DNA of 64,000 nucleotides from Histomonas meleagridis 2922-C6/04-290x. Taxonomy: Eukaryota; Protista; Parabasalia. Shown here one piece after another: positions 30,723-42,790 of this stretch (position 1 is the first letter of the stretch; each line of letters opens with the position of its first letter). A program made the translations under genes and the position numbers. The notes under the pieces were generated by a model. It ran no database searches, had not been told where the DNA came from, and saw only the letters and a program-made list of their open reading frames with translations. The DNA lies in the NCBI GenBank assembly GCA_020184695.1, contig JAANOX010000190.1, positions 62,001 to 126,000 on the forward strand, in the 5' to 3' direction.

Positions 30723-31544
30723 GTGACGACCGTTTATAAAAGACCGTTAAGTTTTCTGGCTGGGTCGATGAGTCTCGTTTTCCAATTAAGCCCCGATGAA
30801 TCAGAATCATTAAAGATTTGGGGAGAAAACGAAATAGTTAAAAAATTAGGAAATAAGTTTGCATATGAAATATTTTGCAAACAATTGCAAAATCAAGTTA
30901 TTGATATTCCAACATTAGGAAAATCTTTGGCATTAAAACTTGGCAGCAAAACAGGGCAATTTACTTCTATACTTATTAAGCATATTAAACACTTACAAAC
31001 AAAAAAAACAGAAGAAACTCCACATGAAGAAGCTTCTTCACTCGATGATGCAAAGACAAATGAAAATCAAAACAAAACTAAAGAAAGTCTTGAAGACATA
31101 GCTGAAACGAATGAAATGGGCTCATTCTCTCGAACAATAATTTCTGGAGATAATAATCAGAAAACTGTTATTGTTTCAGCTACATTTCCAGTCGAAGAAG
31201 AAGCTGAAGAAAAGGAAGAAGAAGATGAAGAAGAAGTAGTAATTCCAAAAATTAATGAAGAGATCCAAGAAAAGAATGAAGTTGATGAGCGTTTACTTCA
31301 AATTGAAATTGCACGTGCACAGAGAGAATCTAAAATCGACTTAAACGCTCCGAAGATAACATTTCAGCCGCGTCCATATCATGAATTGTTTGTACTTGAG
31401 GTTGAAGAAGAGAAAATCCAAGAAAAGAAGCAGAAAATTGTACGAGAAACAGAAAGTAGAATTTTGGTCGATTCGGACGATTATTATTCGTCTGAGTCAG
31501 ATGAATTCATTCCTCATCATCACTCCTTTAGAAGTCGTCACTGA
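30723..31544 (+). CDS. Acidic hypothetical protein
   Basis: 273-aa ORF with an E-rich middle; start probably at the internal Met (MSLVFQL). Confidence 0.7.
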   Translation: MTTVYKRPLSFLAGSMSLVFQLSPDESESLKIWGENEIVKKLGNKFAYEIFCKQLQNQVIDIPTLGKSLALKLGSKTGQFTSILIKHIKHLQTKKTEETPHEEASSLDDAKTNENQNKTKESLEDIAETNEMGSFSRTIISGDNNQKTVIVSATFPVEEEAEEKEEEDEEEVVIPKINEEIQEKNEVDERLLQIEIARAQRESKIDLNAPKITFQPRPYHELFVLEVEEEKIQEKKQKIVRETESRILVDSDDYYSSESDEFIPHHHSFRSRH

Positions 31545-31619
31545 GGAAATTGTTATAATAAATGTTGGATAAGAGAATTTGATCGGCCATCATTGAAATG
31601 CGCTCAAAAAGTTGGCGAT

Positions 31620-32102
31620 TATTTGATTTTTTTAAAACCATTCTTATAAAAGACTACATCGTAATACTTATTATCATTACCTTGTTTAGCATTATTTATT
31701 ATAATATCTTTTTCTTCTTTAGTTAAGTTTTTAATAGGTTTCTTTGGCGCAGCGGAGCAGCTTGTCTGCTACTCGATAACTGTGTTATCATTATTAGTAG
31801 TTTCATTAATTACAGAATCAACTTCTATCTCAATCATTTAACTATAATAAAAAATAGCAATTAGTTTGTAATAATCTTGTTTTATTAGCAGCATCTTTAT
31901 ATTGAGGAGAATTAAATATATTTTGAATTCCTTCTTTATTTGGTTTTGGATTTTCTTTATTTGTCATGAGTTTTGCTGGTGTTGGATTTACTTTGCTATA
32001 TATTTGTTGACCAGCTCTTATATAAGGTTGTAATTTGTAAACAGCCAAATTATTAAATTCTTGGGTTGTTAAGGAATTAAAATATTGATATTTCATCATA
32101 GA
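31620..32102 (-). pseudogene. Two small decayed ORFs, possibly Maverick/Polinton-derived
   Basis: MMKYQYFNSLT...IFNSPQYKDAANK followed by MIEIEVDS...*...KPIKNLTKEEKDIIINNAKQGNDNKYYDVVFYKNG. These resemble highly repeated trichomonad hypothetical ORFs (recalled, not searched). Confidence 0.35.
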
Positions 32103-33029
32103 TTCGTGATTTGTTATTTATTCCAAATAATTATATGAATTCTTGAATTTATGAATTTAATAATATAAAAATGAATGATATGATAATTTTCGTAATACCT
32201 TAATGATGTACTGATTTAACCTGATTAATAATTTATAATCAATAAAATAGTTTCTGTGTAGATACATATTCCCTAAATACCTTGGGACAAACGATACATT
32301 TTTTTCCGAGAAAAACGATTTATGATCATTGAATTTATTTGATGCATTTATTTAAAATTTATTTATTTCTGCAAAATGATCAATTTTATTGAATGAATAT
32401 CTATACAAATGTAATTTGCGAATTATCTTTGAAATACTGACTTGAGATACATTTATCGATTCCTTTTATCTCATATTACTCATGTGCTTTCAAATCTCAA
32501 ATATATTACATTTATCGATTTATTTGACATTCTATGTAATGATGTTGATTTCTCTATTTCTCCGAATATGAGTCAATACCACAGTTTCTATAGCAAGAAA
32601 TTTCTTCTTTTTTTTGATTCATGTCTTTAATTCAGATTTCAAATATTTTATAATCGGCAACAGAAATTATTTGTAGTTCATAATATATAATGATCAATTT
32701 TACATATTCTCCTAGAATAGATCAATATCCTCTCATTGACGATTTCGTTATCGAATACGATATAAGATAATTGTGTGATTTTTATTCGTCCTACTATTTA
32801 AATTTGACTATAAACCCTATGGTTCTTGAACTATATGAATTAATTGAAGATTAACTTTTTTTTTTAACCTGGGATTTAGTTTTTGCTTTAACAAAGCTTA
32901 TTCGCGCTTGAACTTTTTCTATTCTTCGATTGCATAAAAATTTTGCTCTCAAATCCAATTATCCTCTTTCATAGAACGGGGGGCCCCAAAACGTTACAAT
33001 ATGTGGTTTGTTTCATTTTTTTTATAGCT

Positions 33030-36000
33030 ATGATTTCGCTAAAGCACATGCTTATTGATGATAATACTATAAACACAGGAGATAAAAATTTGAATAATTT
33101 TCCAACCTGCTTGAAATTCCTAATTGAGATTGAAAAAACTATATTCGGTTTAACTGAAGAAAACTTCCAGCCGTCCATTAAAAAAATATTGGAATTATCT
33201 GATTCAAATTATCCCTACACATTTAAAACTATTATAAGCAACATCGTTTATAATGCGTTTTCATCACAAAAGTATGCATTTGATATTTACTTAAGTTTTT
33301 CAAAGACACTTCAAACTAAAGAAGAAGAAATTAATCAAAACACAGTTAAATTAATACCAATTTTTATCAAACGTATATCTGCAGCAAACACACAAGAATC
33401 ATATTATTTAATCGAACAAATGATTGAACAAAATTTAATTGATAAAAATATAACTAAAAACATTAAATCAAAATATTTTGCTCATTATCAACCAAAAGAA
33501 GAAAACCAAAACCATTTTTTATTTGGGTCTAATGGAAATGATCCAATAGAAAAATACTTTTTGGAAAATTATGAAGAACTTTCGAAGAATGATTGGGAGC
33601 TTCATAAGAAATATATTAAAGAAGGAGTTAATCCAAATGAAATTGCAAAAATAATTCGAAATGATGAAATAGAAAAACTTCAAGAAATATCATCACAAAC
33701 AAATTTTGATATCAATCAAATAATTGAACCGTCGATTTATGAAAGATGTTCATTTATTAACCAAGAAAATGTTACATTAATTGATTATGCAGCATTTTTT
33801 TCATCAGTTAAATGTTTTAAATATTTACTTATGAATAATGCAAATGTAAATAACACAGGTAAATACGCAGTTGCAGGTGGAAATGAAGAAATCATTCATT
33901 TATGTGAGCAAAATCATTCATCATTTGAAGGTGCATATGGAGCAGCAATTGAATTTCATCAAAATGATATCTTTAAATATCTTTATGAAAATAAATTAGA
34001 AAAAACACAAGCAATACCGAAAATGTCTGAAGATAAAACAAATGATTTAGTAAGTTTTTGTATTAAAAAGGATAATTATGAAATTTTAGCATTTTTGGCA
34101 GAAAAAGGAATTAATATTAATGCTGATAATATAAACGAATCAGCAAGAAATGGAAATTTATATCTCGTTAAATGCTTCCTTCATAATAATCAAGTTCCAA
34201 AAGATATTTTGCCATTTGCTTCAGAATCAGTAAATATTGAACTTGTGAAACATATTTTAGAACAAAAAGGAATTGATGTTAATGCAAAAATTATCCATTT
34301 TAATAATTTGGAATATGTTTTAATAATTTGTAATATGTTTTAATAATTTGACACAGCACTTCATATAGCAGTTAGAAATAATAATATAGAAATAGTAAAA
34401 TTACTTTTAGATAAAGGAATTGATGTTAATGCAAAATATATTCATTTCAATAATTTGGAATATGTCTTAATAATTTTGGATATGTTTTAATAATTTGGAA
34501 TATGTTTTAATAATTTGGAATATGTTTTAATAATTTGTAATATGTTTTAATAATTTGAAATATGTTTTAATAATTTGGAATATGTTTTAATAATTTGAAA
34601 TATGTTTTAATAATTTGAAATATGTTTTAATAATTTTATATGTGTTTAAATAATTTGAAATATGTTTTAATAATTTGAAACAGCACTTCATATAGCAGTT
34701 AGAAATAATAATATCGAAATAGTAAAATTACTTTTAGATAAAGGAATTTATGTGAATGCAAAAAATATTCATTTGAATAACATGGAATATGTTTTAATAA
34801 TTTGGAATATGTTTTAATAATTTATAATATGTTTTAATGATTTGGAATATTTTTTAATAATTTGACACAGCACTTCATATAGCAGTTAGAAATAATAATA
34901 TCGAAATAGTAAAATTACTTTTAGATAAAGGAATTGATGTTAATGCAAAATATATTCATTTGAATAACTTGGAATATGTTTTAATAATTTTATATATGTT
35001 TTAATAATTTTATATATGTTTTAATAATTTGGAATATTTTTTAATAATTTGAAACAGCACTTCATATAGCAGTTAGAAATAATAATATCGAAATAGTAAA
35101 ATTACTTTTAGATAAAGGAATTTATGTGAATGCAAAAACTATTCATTTGAATAATTTAAAATATGTTTTAATAATTTGGAATATGTTTTAATAATTTTTA
35201 ATATGTTTTAATAATTTATAATATGTTTTAATAATTTGAAATATGTTTTAATATTTTGAAACAGCACTTCATATAGCAGTTAAAAATAATAATATCGAAA
35301 TAGTAAAATTACTTTTAGATAAAGGAATTGATGTTAATGCAAAATATATTCATTTGAATAATTTAGAATATGTTTTAATAATTTGGAATATGTTTTAATA
35401 ATTTTTAATATGTTTTAATAATTTATAATATGTTTTAATAATTTGAAATATGTTTTAATATTTTGAAACAGCACTTCATATAGCAGTTAGAAATAATAAT
35501 ATCGAAATAGTAAAATTACTTTTAGATAAAGGAATTTATGTGAATGCAAAAACTATTCATTTGAATAATTTAAAATATGTTTTAATAATTTGGAATATGT
35601 TTTAATAATTTTTAATATGTTTTAATAATTTATAATATGTTTTAATAATTTGAAATATGTTTTAATATTTTGAAACAGCACTTCATATAGCAGTTAGAAA
35701 TAATAATATCGAAATAGTAAAATTACTTTTAGATAAAGGAATTTATGTGAATGCAAAAACTATTCATTTGAATAATTTAAAATATGTTTTAATAATTTGG
35801 AATATGTTTTAATAATTTTTAATATGTTTTAATAATTTATAATATGTTTTAATAATTTGAAATATGTTTTAATATTTTGAAACAGCACTTCATATAGCAG
35901 TTAGAAATAATAATATCGAAATAGTAAAATTACTTTTAGATAAAGGAATTGATGTTAATGCAAAAACTATTCATTTGAATAATTTAGAATATGTTTTAAT

Positions 36001-36358
36001 AATTTGAAATATGTTTTAATAATTTGAAACAGCACTTCAAATTGCACAAACTTTAGGTTACACAGAAATCGTAAATTTACTCCTTGAAAAAAGTACAAAC
36101 GAAAATTCTAATTCAGATTCCTCTTCTACAAATATCAAATCTTCATATTCAATCAGAAATAGAAATGAAGCGCATATTGCTAATCATCAAAATCAACTCA
36201 AAGATCGAATGTATGCAGAAAACAATCGAAATAATTGTATCAAAACAAAAGTTGATATAAACACACAAACATATGAAAATAATCGAAATTGCAATATACA
36301 ACATAACAAACATCCCCACAAAGCAAAATGTAAATACATAAACACAATAATATTATAA
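33030..36358 (+). CDS. DUF3447-type ankyrin-repeat gene interrupted by nine 20n+3-nt inserts (continuous ORF ends at 34343)
   Basis: N-terminal family domain (IDYAAFF, YAVAGGNEEIIH, AIEFHQNDIF), then eight segments TALHIAV(R/K)NNNIEIVKLLLDKGI(D/Y)VNAK and a final open segment 36029-36358 (TALQIAQTLGYTEIVNLLL...stop). Inr-like TCATTT at about 33013. Confidence 0.8.
34290..36028 (+). repeat. Two-level repeat: 84-nt ankyrin segments alternating with arrays of a 20-nt minisatellite (GGAATATGTTTTAATAATTT)
   Basis: Inserts of 63, 243, 103, 103, 123, 123, 123, 123 and 63 nt, counted by hand. Confidence 0.92.
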
Positions 36359-36782
36359 AGTGCATTATAAGAAAAACTTCAACAAAAAATTTTGGAAACA
36401 ACATTACAAAGATAATGCATAAATATTTTATGATAATCGCTTTGGGTTCAACTGAATCGAAATTTTGATATCTGCAATTGTTCTTAAGGTATTTCTTCCG
36501 TATTTAATAATAATTTCATTGGTTGCATCATCGTTTAGAAAATGAAACAGTTTAATTTCCGTATTACAAAAGTTACACACATAAACAAATGAATTTTTGA
36601 AATTGACATGCTTGAAAGCACATTATATAAAAATACAATTAGAATTTATCAAAGTATATATGAATTTTTTTGATAATGATTTAATATATTTAAAATATTT
36701 TTTGAATAGCTACTTTTGTGAGATTTAATCTCTTAGAAATTATTTTATTAGATCACAGAAAAAATAAACCAAGTAATGAATT

Positions 36783-37060
36783 TTAAAATATATTTTTTTG
36801 AGAAATCATTAAACCATATGAAATGTTTTGAAAATGTTTGAAGATAATGAACAAAATATTAAGATGTCCGCCTTCGTCATCGAGAATACTTTCGGTACAT
36901 AAGTCACGATATATGAATCCTAATTTGTGGAGATAGCCTAAACCAAGTAAAATTTCGGCCGCATATAATGCGGTACGTACCGCTCTGCTCACTGAACAAG
37001 TTGTACTTTTCCATATTTGCCTCTTCAAACTCGAACAAGCAATATTCCATCTGCTTGAAA
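36783..37060 (-). pseudogene. AGC-type kinase relic with internal deletion
   Basis: *RGKYGKVQLVQ* (Gly loop) is joined almost directly, in another frame, to RTALYAAEILLGLGYLHKLGFIYRDL. Subdomains II-V are missing. Confidence 0.75.
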
Positions 37061-38221
37061 TCTCTGTTCTTTCTTTCCTTTTTGGGATTATTTGCACGCT
37101 TTTACCCAGGATTGGCATATTTTACCCAACCAAAAGGTTATACCAAAGAATTATGCAAGATGTTGGGGTATAAATTAACGACATATTATAAAATTTTTGA
37201 GTTTTTCGAAAATGTTTTTGGGCTTTGTTTTTTGCTACAGACAAACCTTGTCATTTAGTAGCAAAAATAATTTTGATGTCATTTTGCTGTAATTAAATTT
37301 GTTAGATAAAAAATAGATGGAGCAAAATCATATAAATTATTGATTTTTAGAATTTCCTCACATTTTTTGAGTTTCATATTCTGGTGAATGCCCTTAAGAA
37401 AAAATTTTATAAATAACATATGCTGAAAAAGAAAGAGAATCAAAGATTTATAATGAATCATTAATAAAACATTATAATATATTTAAATCCACATATCTGT
37501 TGAAAGAATAATTATAAAATAATGTTGGAGGGGAAAAAAGGGTGTACATTTTAGTATAAGGATATTTTTAATAAACTCAATGCAGATTTCCAACAATAGA
37601 ATCAAATGAATGAAAAATCATCGGATTTATATTCAAAAACTGAAGTAATAAACTGGGGAAGTTCAACCACAAATTCAAACATATAACAAAAGATTTAAAA
37701 ACACAAAAACTATTTTAAAATACATACTAAAAAATTAAACAAAATAGACAAAAATGCAAAAAATGATTAAGTGAATCACAGATGTTTGAAAGAGAGAGAT
37801 AAATGAGATAGTAATGATTAAATGAGATACGAAACTATATGTGTATATTGAAAGCCTAAATGTGATGGATAAATTGATTAAATTTCTATATTAATAGGTG
37901 TACTAAATCACAAATGAGAGAGACCAAATGATTTAATGAGCTGCACTGGAAGTTGAAATTAAAGACGAAAATGGCTAAAAAGCCTATAAAAGGGGTAAAG
38001 AGAACAGGTGTTGTTTCTTCAATATTTTTTACACATGTCGTCTTTCCAAAAACCCCGGGGAATTCCCCGCCTTTTTTACACAATTTTTTTCTACTAAAAT
38101 TGGTAAGGTTTGTCTGTAGCAAAAAACGATTCCCCAATGTATCATATATTAACCACTGTATTATTTTTGCGACCGTTTTGATTTTTTTCGTAACGGTCTC
38201 GAAAATGCTGTATTTAAACTT

Positions 38222-39007
38222 ATGAGTAAACTTTCACCGAATGAAGCTGCAATTATTATTCAAAGAAATTATAGAAAATATGCAGACAAAATGCTTTATA
38301 AAAAAATGAAAGAAATTATTCAGTTTAGAAATAAAGGAGATCCTGCATCATTATTAAGGGTTATTAATCCTATTGAAGCAAAGCTTTTAGATTCGTCAAT
38401 AGGTGCTCATGTACGCTTTCGACTAGGAGGAACAGGATGGCCGCCTCAAATATATTACAAGATTTTTCTACATAGTCCAGTTTGCGATGTCAACTCATAT
38501 GCACCTCGAAATTATGCAGATAAAAAAAGCAAAGAAATTACTTTGCTTAGTCAAGATCAACTTGATGAATATGCCGAAAAATTTGGATGGTATCATCGAG
38601 TAGAGAACAATGGATGGAGACCAATTTCATCTTTGTCGCCAACAGCAATTGATAGTATCACTCATCTTACCAACAAATCCAAATCTCATAAAAATTTTAA
38701 GAAAAGATTCAAAAAGACCAAAAACATCAAAGACGAAATTGTAAAAATGAAACTTAAACGCGTCATGGAAGAACAAGGCAAACCCACGCCAACTAAAACA
38801 GACGAATTTGATGACAATGGAATATTGGAATGGGCAGAAAACATCGACATACAGAACTACATAAATGACTGGGAAACGCTTGGAACGACGGGGCCATCAA
38901 GCGATCTGTGGTGGAACAATAACAACATGGACATAAGTGACGATGAATCATCCGACTCCTCAGATAGTGAGCTCGATGAAGACGAACTACTGAAGTTGAT
39001 AAGCTAG
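38222..39007 (+). CDS. IQ-motif protein, C11orf65/MFI-like
   Basis: AAIIIQRNYRKY and RFRLGGTGWPPQIYYKIF...APRNY. Confidence 0.75.
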   Translation: MSKLSPNEAAIIIQRNYRKYADKMLYKKMKEIIQFRNKGDPASLLRVINPIEAKLLDSSIGAHVRFRLGGTGWPPQIYYKIFLHSPVCDVNSYAPRNYADKKSKEITLLSQDQLDEYAEKFGWYHRVENNGWRPISSLSPTAIDSITHLTNKSKSHKNFKKRFKKTKNIKDEIVKMKLKRVMEEQGKPTPTKTDEFDDNGILEWAENIDIQNYINDWETLGTTGPSSDLWWNNNNMDISDDESSDSSDSELDEDELLKLIS

Positions 39008-39385
39008 CCAATAGATGATAGAAAGCTTAAAGAAATTTTTGTTTTTGTGACTTGTGTTTAAACATTAAATTATCTATTTTATTTATAATTACGAGGATAA
39101 CTCAAGAGCAATAACCAATGCATTTTACGCCACGAATGCGTCCTCATTCTTTTGTAATAATTTGTTTTTAATCTTAATCCAATAGTGTGCGAAATTTCAA
39201 CAATTCAAAAATTGAATGAAGAACAATCGTTCACTATTCAATCGTTAGTCAATTTCCCTATCGCACATGAATAAGTTAAAAAATATTTGCGTTTAATAAG
39301 AACCATTCGAATGAGTTAAACACAGCAACAAATATAAGGCCTTAAATAAGGGGAAAAAATAATTTAATAAGATATTTATTACAAT

Positions 39386-42300
39386 TTAGAATCCCTCTAT
39401 TTGACAATTTTCAACAACAGCCTGTATTGGCACGTCTATAAATTCGCACAGTGATATATAAACAGCAATGATTTTTTTGACATCAATTATTCTTTGGAAT
39501 CCGTTTGATGCATTTTCATCATTAATATCCAAGAAAATGTTACGCGTTTCTTTGATCCATTCATCAGAGTTCTCAAAGTCTTCGGGTACCAAAACAATTT
39601 TCCCATTGTTTTTACCCAAAATTATTTGATTGTTATAATCAAATACAAATGCGGAATCGACTTTGTCATTTTCGACAAAGTTCATCGCTCTGTTGATGTG
39701 TGAAGTGCAAAGAATCACATGTTTTGAACCTTGTTTAGATGCTACACATTGTAAATTAATATTTTTTTGGTCGCATCTAAAATATGTTATTAACAAAGCA
39801 ATGTCCTTAAAAAATCTTATTGATACCCATATACCTTTAATCTTAATTAAAGAGAAATTAGTACCGAAAATTTTGTCAATTAATTTTGATATGTTTGAAT
39901 ACTTTACATCACCTATAAAGACAACGTTAATGACTTTCATCGTCGGATTATTTTGAATGAAATTTTCAATGTGATGTAAAGAAATGTGCAATAAACTTCT
40001 CAAATAAAATGATTGAATTTGTGAAGTCAAAAAATAGTTTTTATGAATTGGATAAAACGTTGAATAAGTTGAATCAATAAAGTAATAATTATCATTAAAT
40101 AAATAACATATTAATAATGGGAAGAATTCAATCGCTGAGTTATTAATGAATTCTATATTTCTTTTAATTAATTTTTTGGAAGAATTTAAGTTTTCATTTT
40201 GCTTTTTGATGTTATTTTCGTTGTTGTTATTAATATTTGTTTTGTTTCTAACGATTGTTACATTATTATTATCATTATGATTGGGCACAAACAAAGGATT
40301 AATGCCTAAGTCTTTGGAATAATAAAACAAACATCGATCTTCAACAAATATTTTTGGTTCATTAAATGATTTGAAACTTGCGACCAAATTTTTATCATAA
40401 ATATTTTTCGTAATGTAAATATCATCATTCTTTATAGTGATGTAAGGGTCATTATTATAAAACGTAACATCATAACCATCATTTACTTCGATTAATTGTT
40501 TAATTTCATAATTTGTTTTATAATTACTAATTCTTAATGACAACAAAGAATAAGTCTTCTTTTTGTTTAACAGTATAACGAATTCATTTGTTAAATAATT
40601 AAAATCCCATGAAACAATGTTACGACACTTTGGAAATATCTTTAACGGATTTATCGATGTCAAATTAACTTTGCCAATGTTTATCAAATACAAAACAGGA
40701 CGAATATAACCGCTTTTGTAAGCTGACAAATGTGACAAAATCAAAATTTTCGACAATTTATAAAACCATGCTGAATATATAGGGAATATCGTCGTAATTT
40801 TCGATATAGGGTAATCATTTAAATGATTTAAACATATATTATACATATAATTCGCACTTGATAATTTCAATGAATTATTAATAATTTTGACTTTGAAATA
40901 TTTTTCATTTTGTAATTCTAAGTCTATTAATGGATTGTTCCTTTGGAATTGTTTGTTTAACTTGTTTTGGAAATCATCTTCAAAGATTGACAATAATCGA
41001 TTAATATAATTCACATCGAAATGATATTTGTTATCAACTTGAAATGATAAGTTATGGTATGTATTAAACCATTTGTTTAATAAGTTTAAACTTACCGCAA
41101 TTTTACATTGGTTAATTTCATTCCGAATGTTTTGTACATTCCCATTAATAATTGTCTGAAAGATTTCGATCATTAATTGTTTGTCAAGTTCCGATGATAT
41201 TTCTTCATTTCGTAATAACTTTTGTTCAAGTATATAAAAGATGACATCAATGATTTTTAATGAGAATCGTAAAACGCCTTTCGAATTCTTTCGTAATGTT
41301 TCGATGTTATATTCGATACTTTGTAATAACGATTTGATTTTTTGTGGATTTAAATATCCATCTAAATACATTGGATATAACTTACAGATTTGATGATATT
41401 GTAACCGAAATTCCTTTTTGCGTTTAAGCTTAGAAAAACAATCAGAACAATACCAATGGATATATCCACTTTTTTCTTCATATGGAATTAATAAATTACA
41501 ATCATCTTTAAATCGTAATAAGCCACAATTCTCGCATTCTTTATCTTCTTTTTTGGTAAAGTCTAAAAGTGAATTGCTTAAAACTGACCTTAAACATATT
41601 AAATTTGGATATGGATTATTCTTCAAATCTCCAACTTTGATGTTATCTACTTGTTCTAAATCCTCTAATTGACTTTGATCTTGTTCTTTAAGTGGATCAA
41701 CTTGGAGTTTTTCTAATGGATAAATAGAAAGTAAAATTCTTTTCAGTTCATTGCTTTCCGGTGTAAACCTCTCAAAATTAATGGTTTGTAAAATGTTGTA
41801 CAAGAACGTTAACGAATTGATTTGTTCGTTAGTTTTGAGTTTGTATGAAATTTGATCGACTCTTAATTTGATGTTATTTTGAGTAAATATTTCTTTATGC
41901 GTTGTCTTATGTTGTTTTTCCATATTAGTAACATCAGAAATCGACTTTAAAAATGATTCAATTAAGTTATAATTATTATAATCATCGTTATTTAAATTTA
42001 CTTCAATGTTTAATATTTTTTTATTTCTTTCTTTAACTTTCTTAAATAGCATTGATGTTTGTAAATGCGTAAATATTAACGTTGAATTGATTTCATCGAA
42101 TTCATCTAAATCATTTTTCAAAAAAGAATTATTGTAATACAATAAAATACTTTTATCAATTGTTTGTGTGGTAACAAATAAATTGTTTCCAGAATTAGGT
42201 GGAATTAATGGTTCTATTTCTTTAAGCTTTTGTTGGGGATGCGCAAGATAAAACTCTTTGTTGGATTTAAGGACAACATAAATATAATGTTTCGGATTAG

Positions 42301-42790
42301 ATGATCCAAGTGGAAGAGAATGTGTAAAATGAATCTCATTATTATTACGTGGTAATATGATAAAGATTTGTGTGGACATAGAACAACATAAAACATGTAA
42401 TGAATATAAATTTATCTTGGTTTCTAAAATTAGATTTTCTTCTGGAAAATCAAAGATTTGAGGAAACTCAAGATTATGTAATGTCCACCATGATTCTTCA
42501 ATGGCTTTTGGATGAATATTTGTCTTAAAATTATGAAATAATTCATTTGGAGTTAATTTATAAATTCCTGAAATTAATGATATAAGGCTTGACGGCTTTG
42601 CATCTTCTTCAACATATAAAAAGAAACCTTTGAGGCTATTCCTAATTTCTTCTTCTGTAAATACTAAATTTTGGATTACACCAATAAAAAGATAAGGATT
42701 ACTAAATTTAGATATCTTAAGGTTTTCGATGATGAAGCGCTCTGGAATTGGTAAATTAATTTTTCTTTTTATGGTATCTTGAGAATTCAT
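39386..42790 (-). CDS. Large hypothetical protein with CxxC...CxxC and a degenerate P-loop-like C-terminal region
   Basis: ORF of more than 1100 aa; CENCG...YCSDC; VINVVFIGD...GTNF...KGIW resembles a decayed GTPase strand-loop. Likely start MNSQDT at 42790. Confidence 0.65.
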   Translation of the reverse strand: MNSQDTIKRKINLPIPERFIIENLKISKFSNPYLFIGVIQNLVFTEEEIRNSLKGFFLYVEEDAKPSSLISLISGIYKLTPNELFHNFKTNIHPKAIEESWWTLHNLEFPQIFDFPEENLILETKINLYSLHVLCCSMSTQIFIILPRNNNEIHFTHSLPLGSSNPKHYIYVVLKSNKEFYLAHPQQKLKEIEPLIPPNSGNNLFVTTQTIDKSILLYYNNSFLKNDLDEFDEINSTLIFTHLQTSMLFKKVKERNKKILNIEVNLNNDDYNNYNLIESFLKSISDVTNMEKQHKTTHKEIFTQNNIKLRVDQISYKLKTNEQINSLTFLYNILQTINFERFTPESNELKRILLSIYPLEKLQVDPLKEQDQSQLEDLEQVDNIKVGDLKNNPYPNLICLRSVLSNSLLDFTKKEDKECENCGLLRFKDDCNLLIPYEEKSGYIHWYCSDCFSKLKRKKEFRLQYHQICKLYPMYLDGYLNPQKIKSLLQSIEYNIETLRKNSKGVLRFSLKIIDVIFYILEQKLLRNEEISSELDKQLMIEIFQTIINGNVQNIRNEINQCKIAVSLNLLNKWFNTYHNLSFQVDNKYHFDVNYINRLLSIFEDDFQNKLNKQFQRNNPLIDLELQNEKYFKVKIINNSLKLSSANYMYNICLNHLNDYPISKITTIFPIYSAWFYKLSKILILSHLSAYKSGYIRPVLYLINIGKVNLTSINPLKIFPKCRNIVSWDFNYLTNEFVILLNKKKTYSLLSLRISNYKTNYEIKQLIEVNDGYDVTFYNNDPYITIKNDDIYITKNIYDKNLVASFKSFNEPKIFVEDRCLFYYSKDLGINPLFVPNHNDNNNVTIVRNKTNINNNNENNIKKQNENLNSSKKLIKRNIEFINNSAIEFFPLLICYLFNDNYYFIDSTYSTFYPIHKNYFLTSQIQSFYLRSLLHISLHHIENFIQNNPTMKVINVVFIGDVKYSNISKLIDKIFGTNFSLIKIKGIWVSIRFFKDIALLITYFRCDQKNINLQCVASKQGSKHVILCTSHINRAMNFVENDKVDSAFVFDYNNQIILGKNNGKIVLVPEDFENSDEWIKETRNIFLDINDENASNGFQRIIDVKKIIAVYISLCEFIDVPIQAVVENCQIEGF

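Noticed and set aside
34290-36028. Stop-codon reassignment (TAA read as sense) to explain the inserts
   Set aside because: Several inserts shift the frame (83 and 103 nt), and conserved genes in this window such as RPS8, the Rab and NEK end in TAA.
34290-36028. CRISPR-like repeat-spacer array
   Set aside because: The repeats are 84-87-nt ankyrin-coding segments, the spacers are mutually related minisatellites, there are no cas genes, and the context is eukaryotic.
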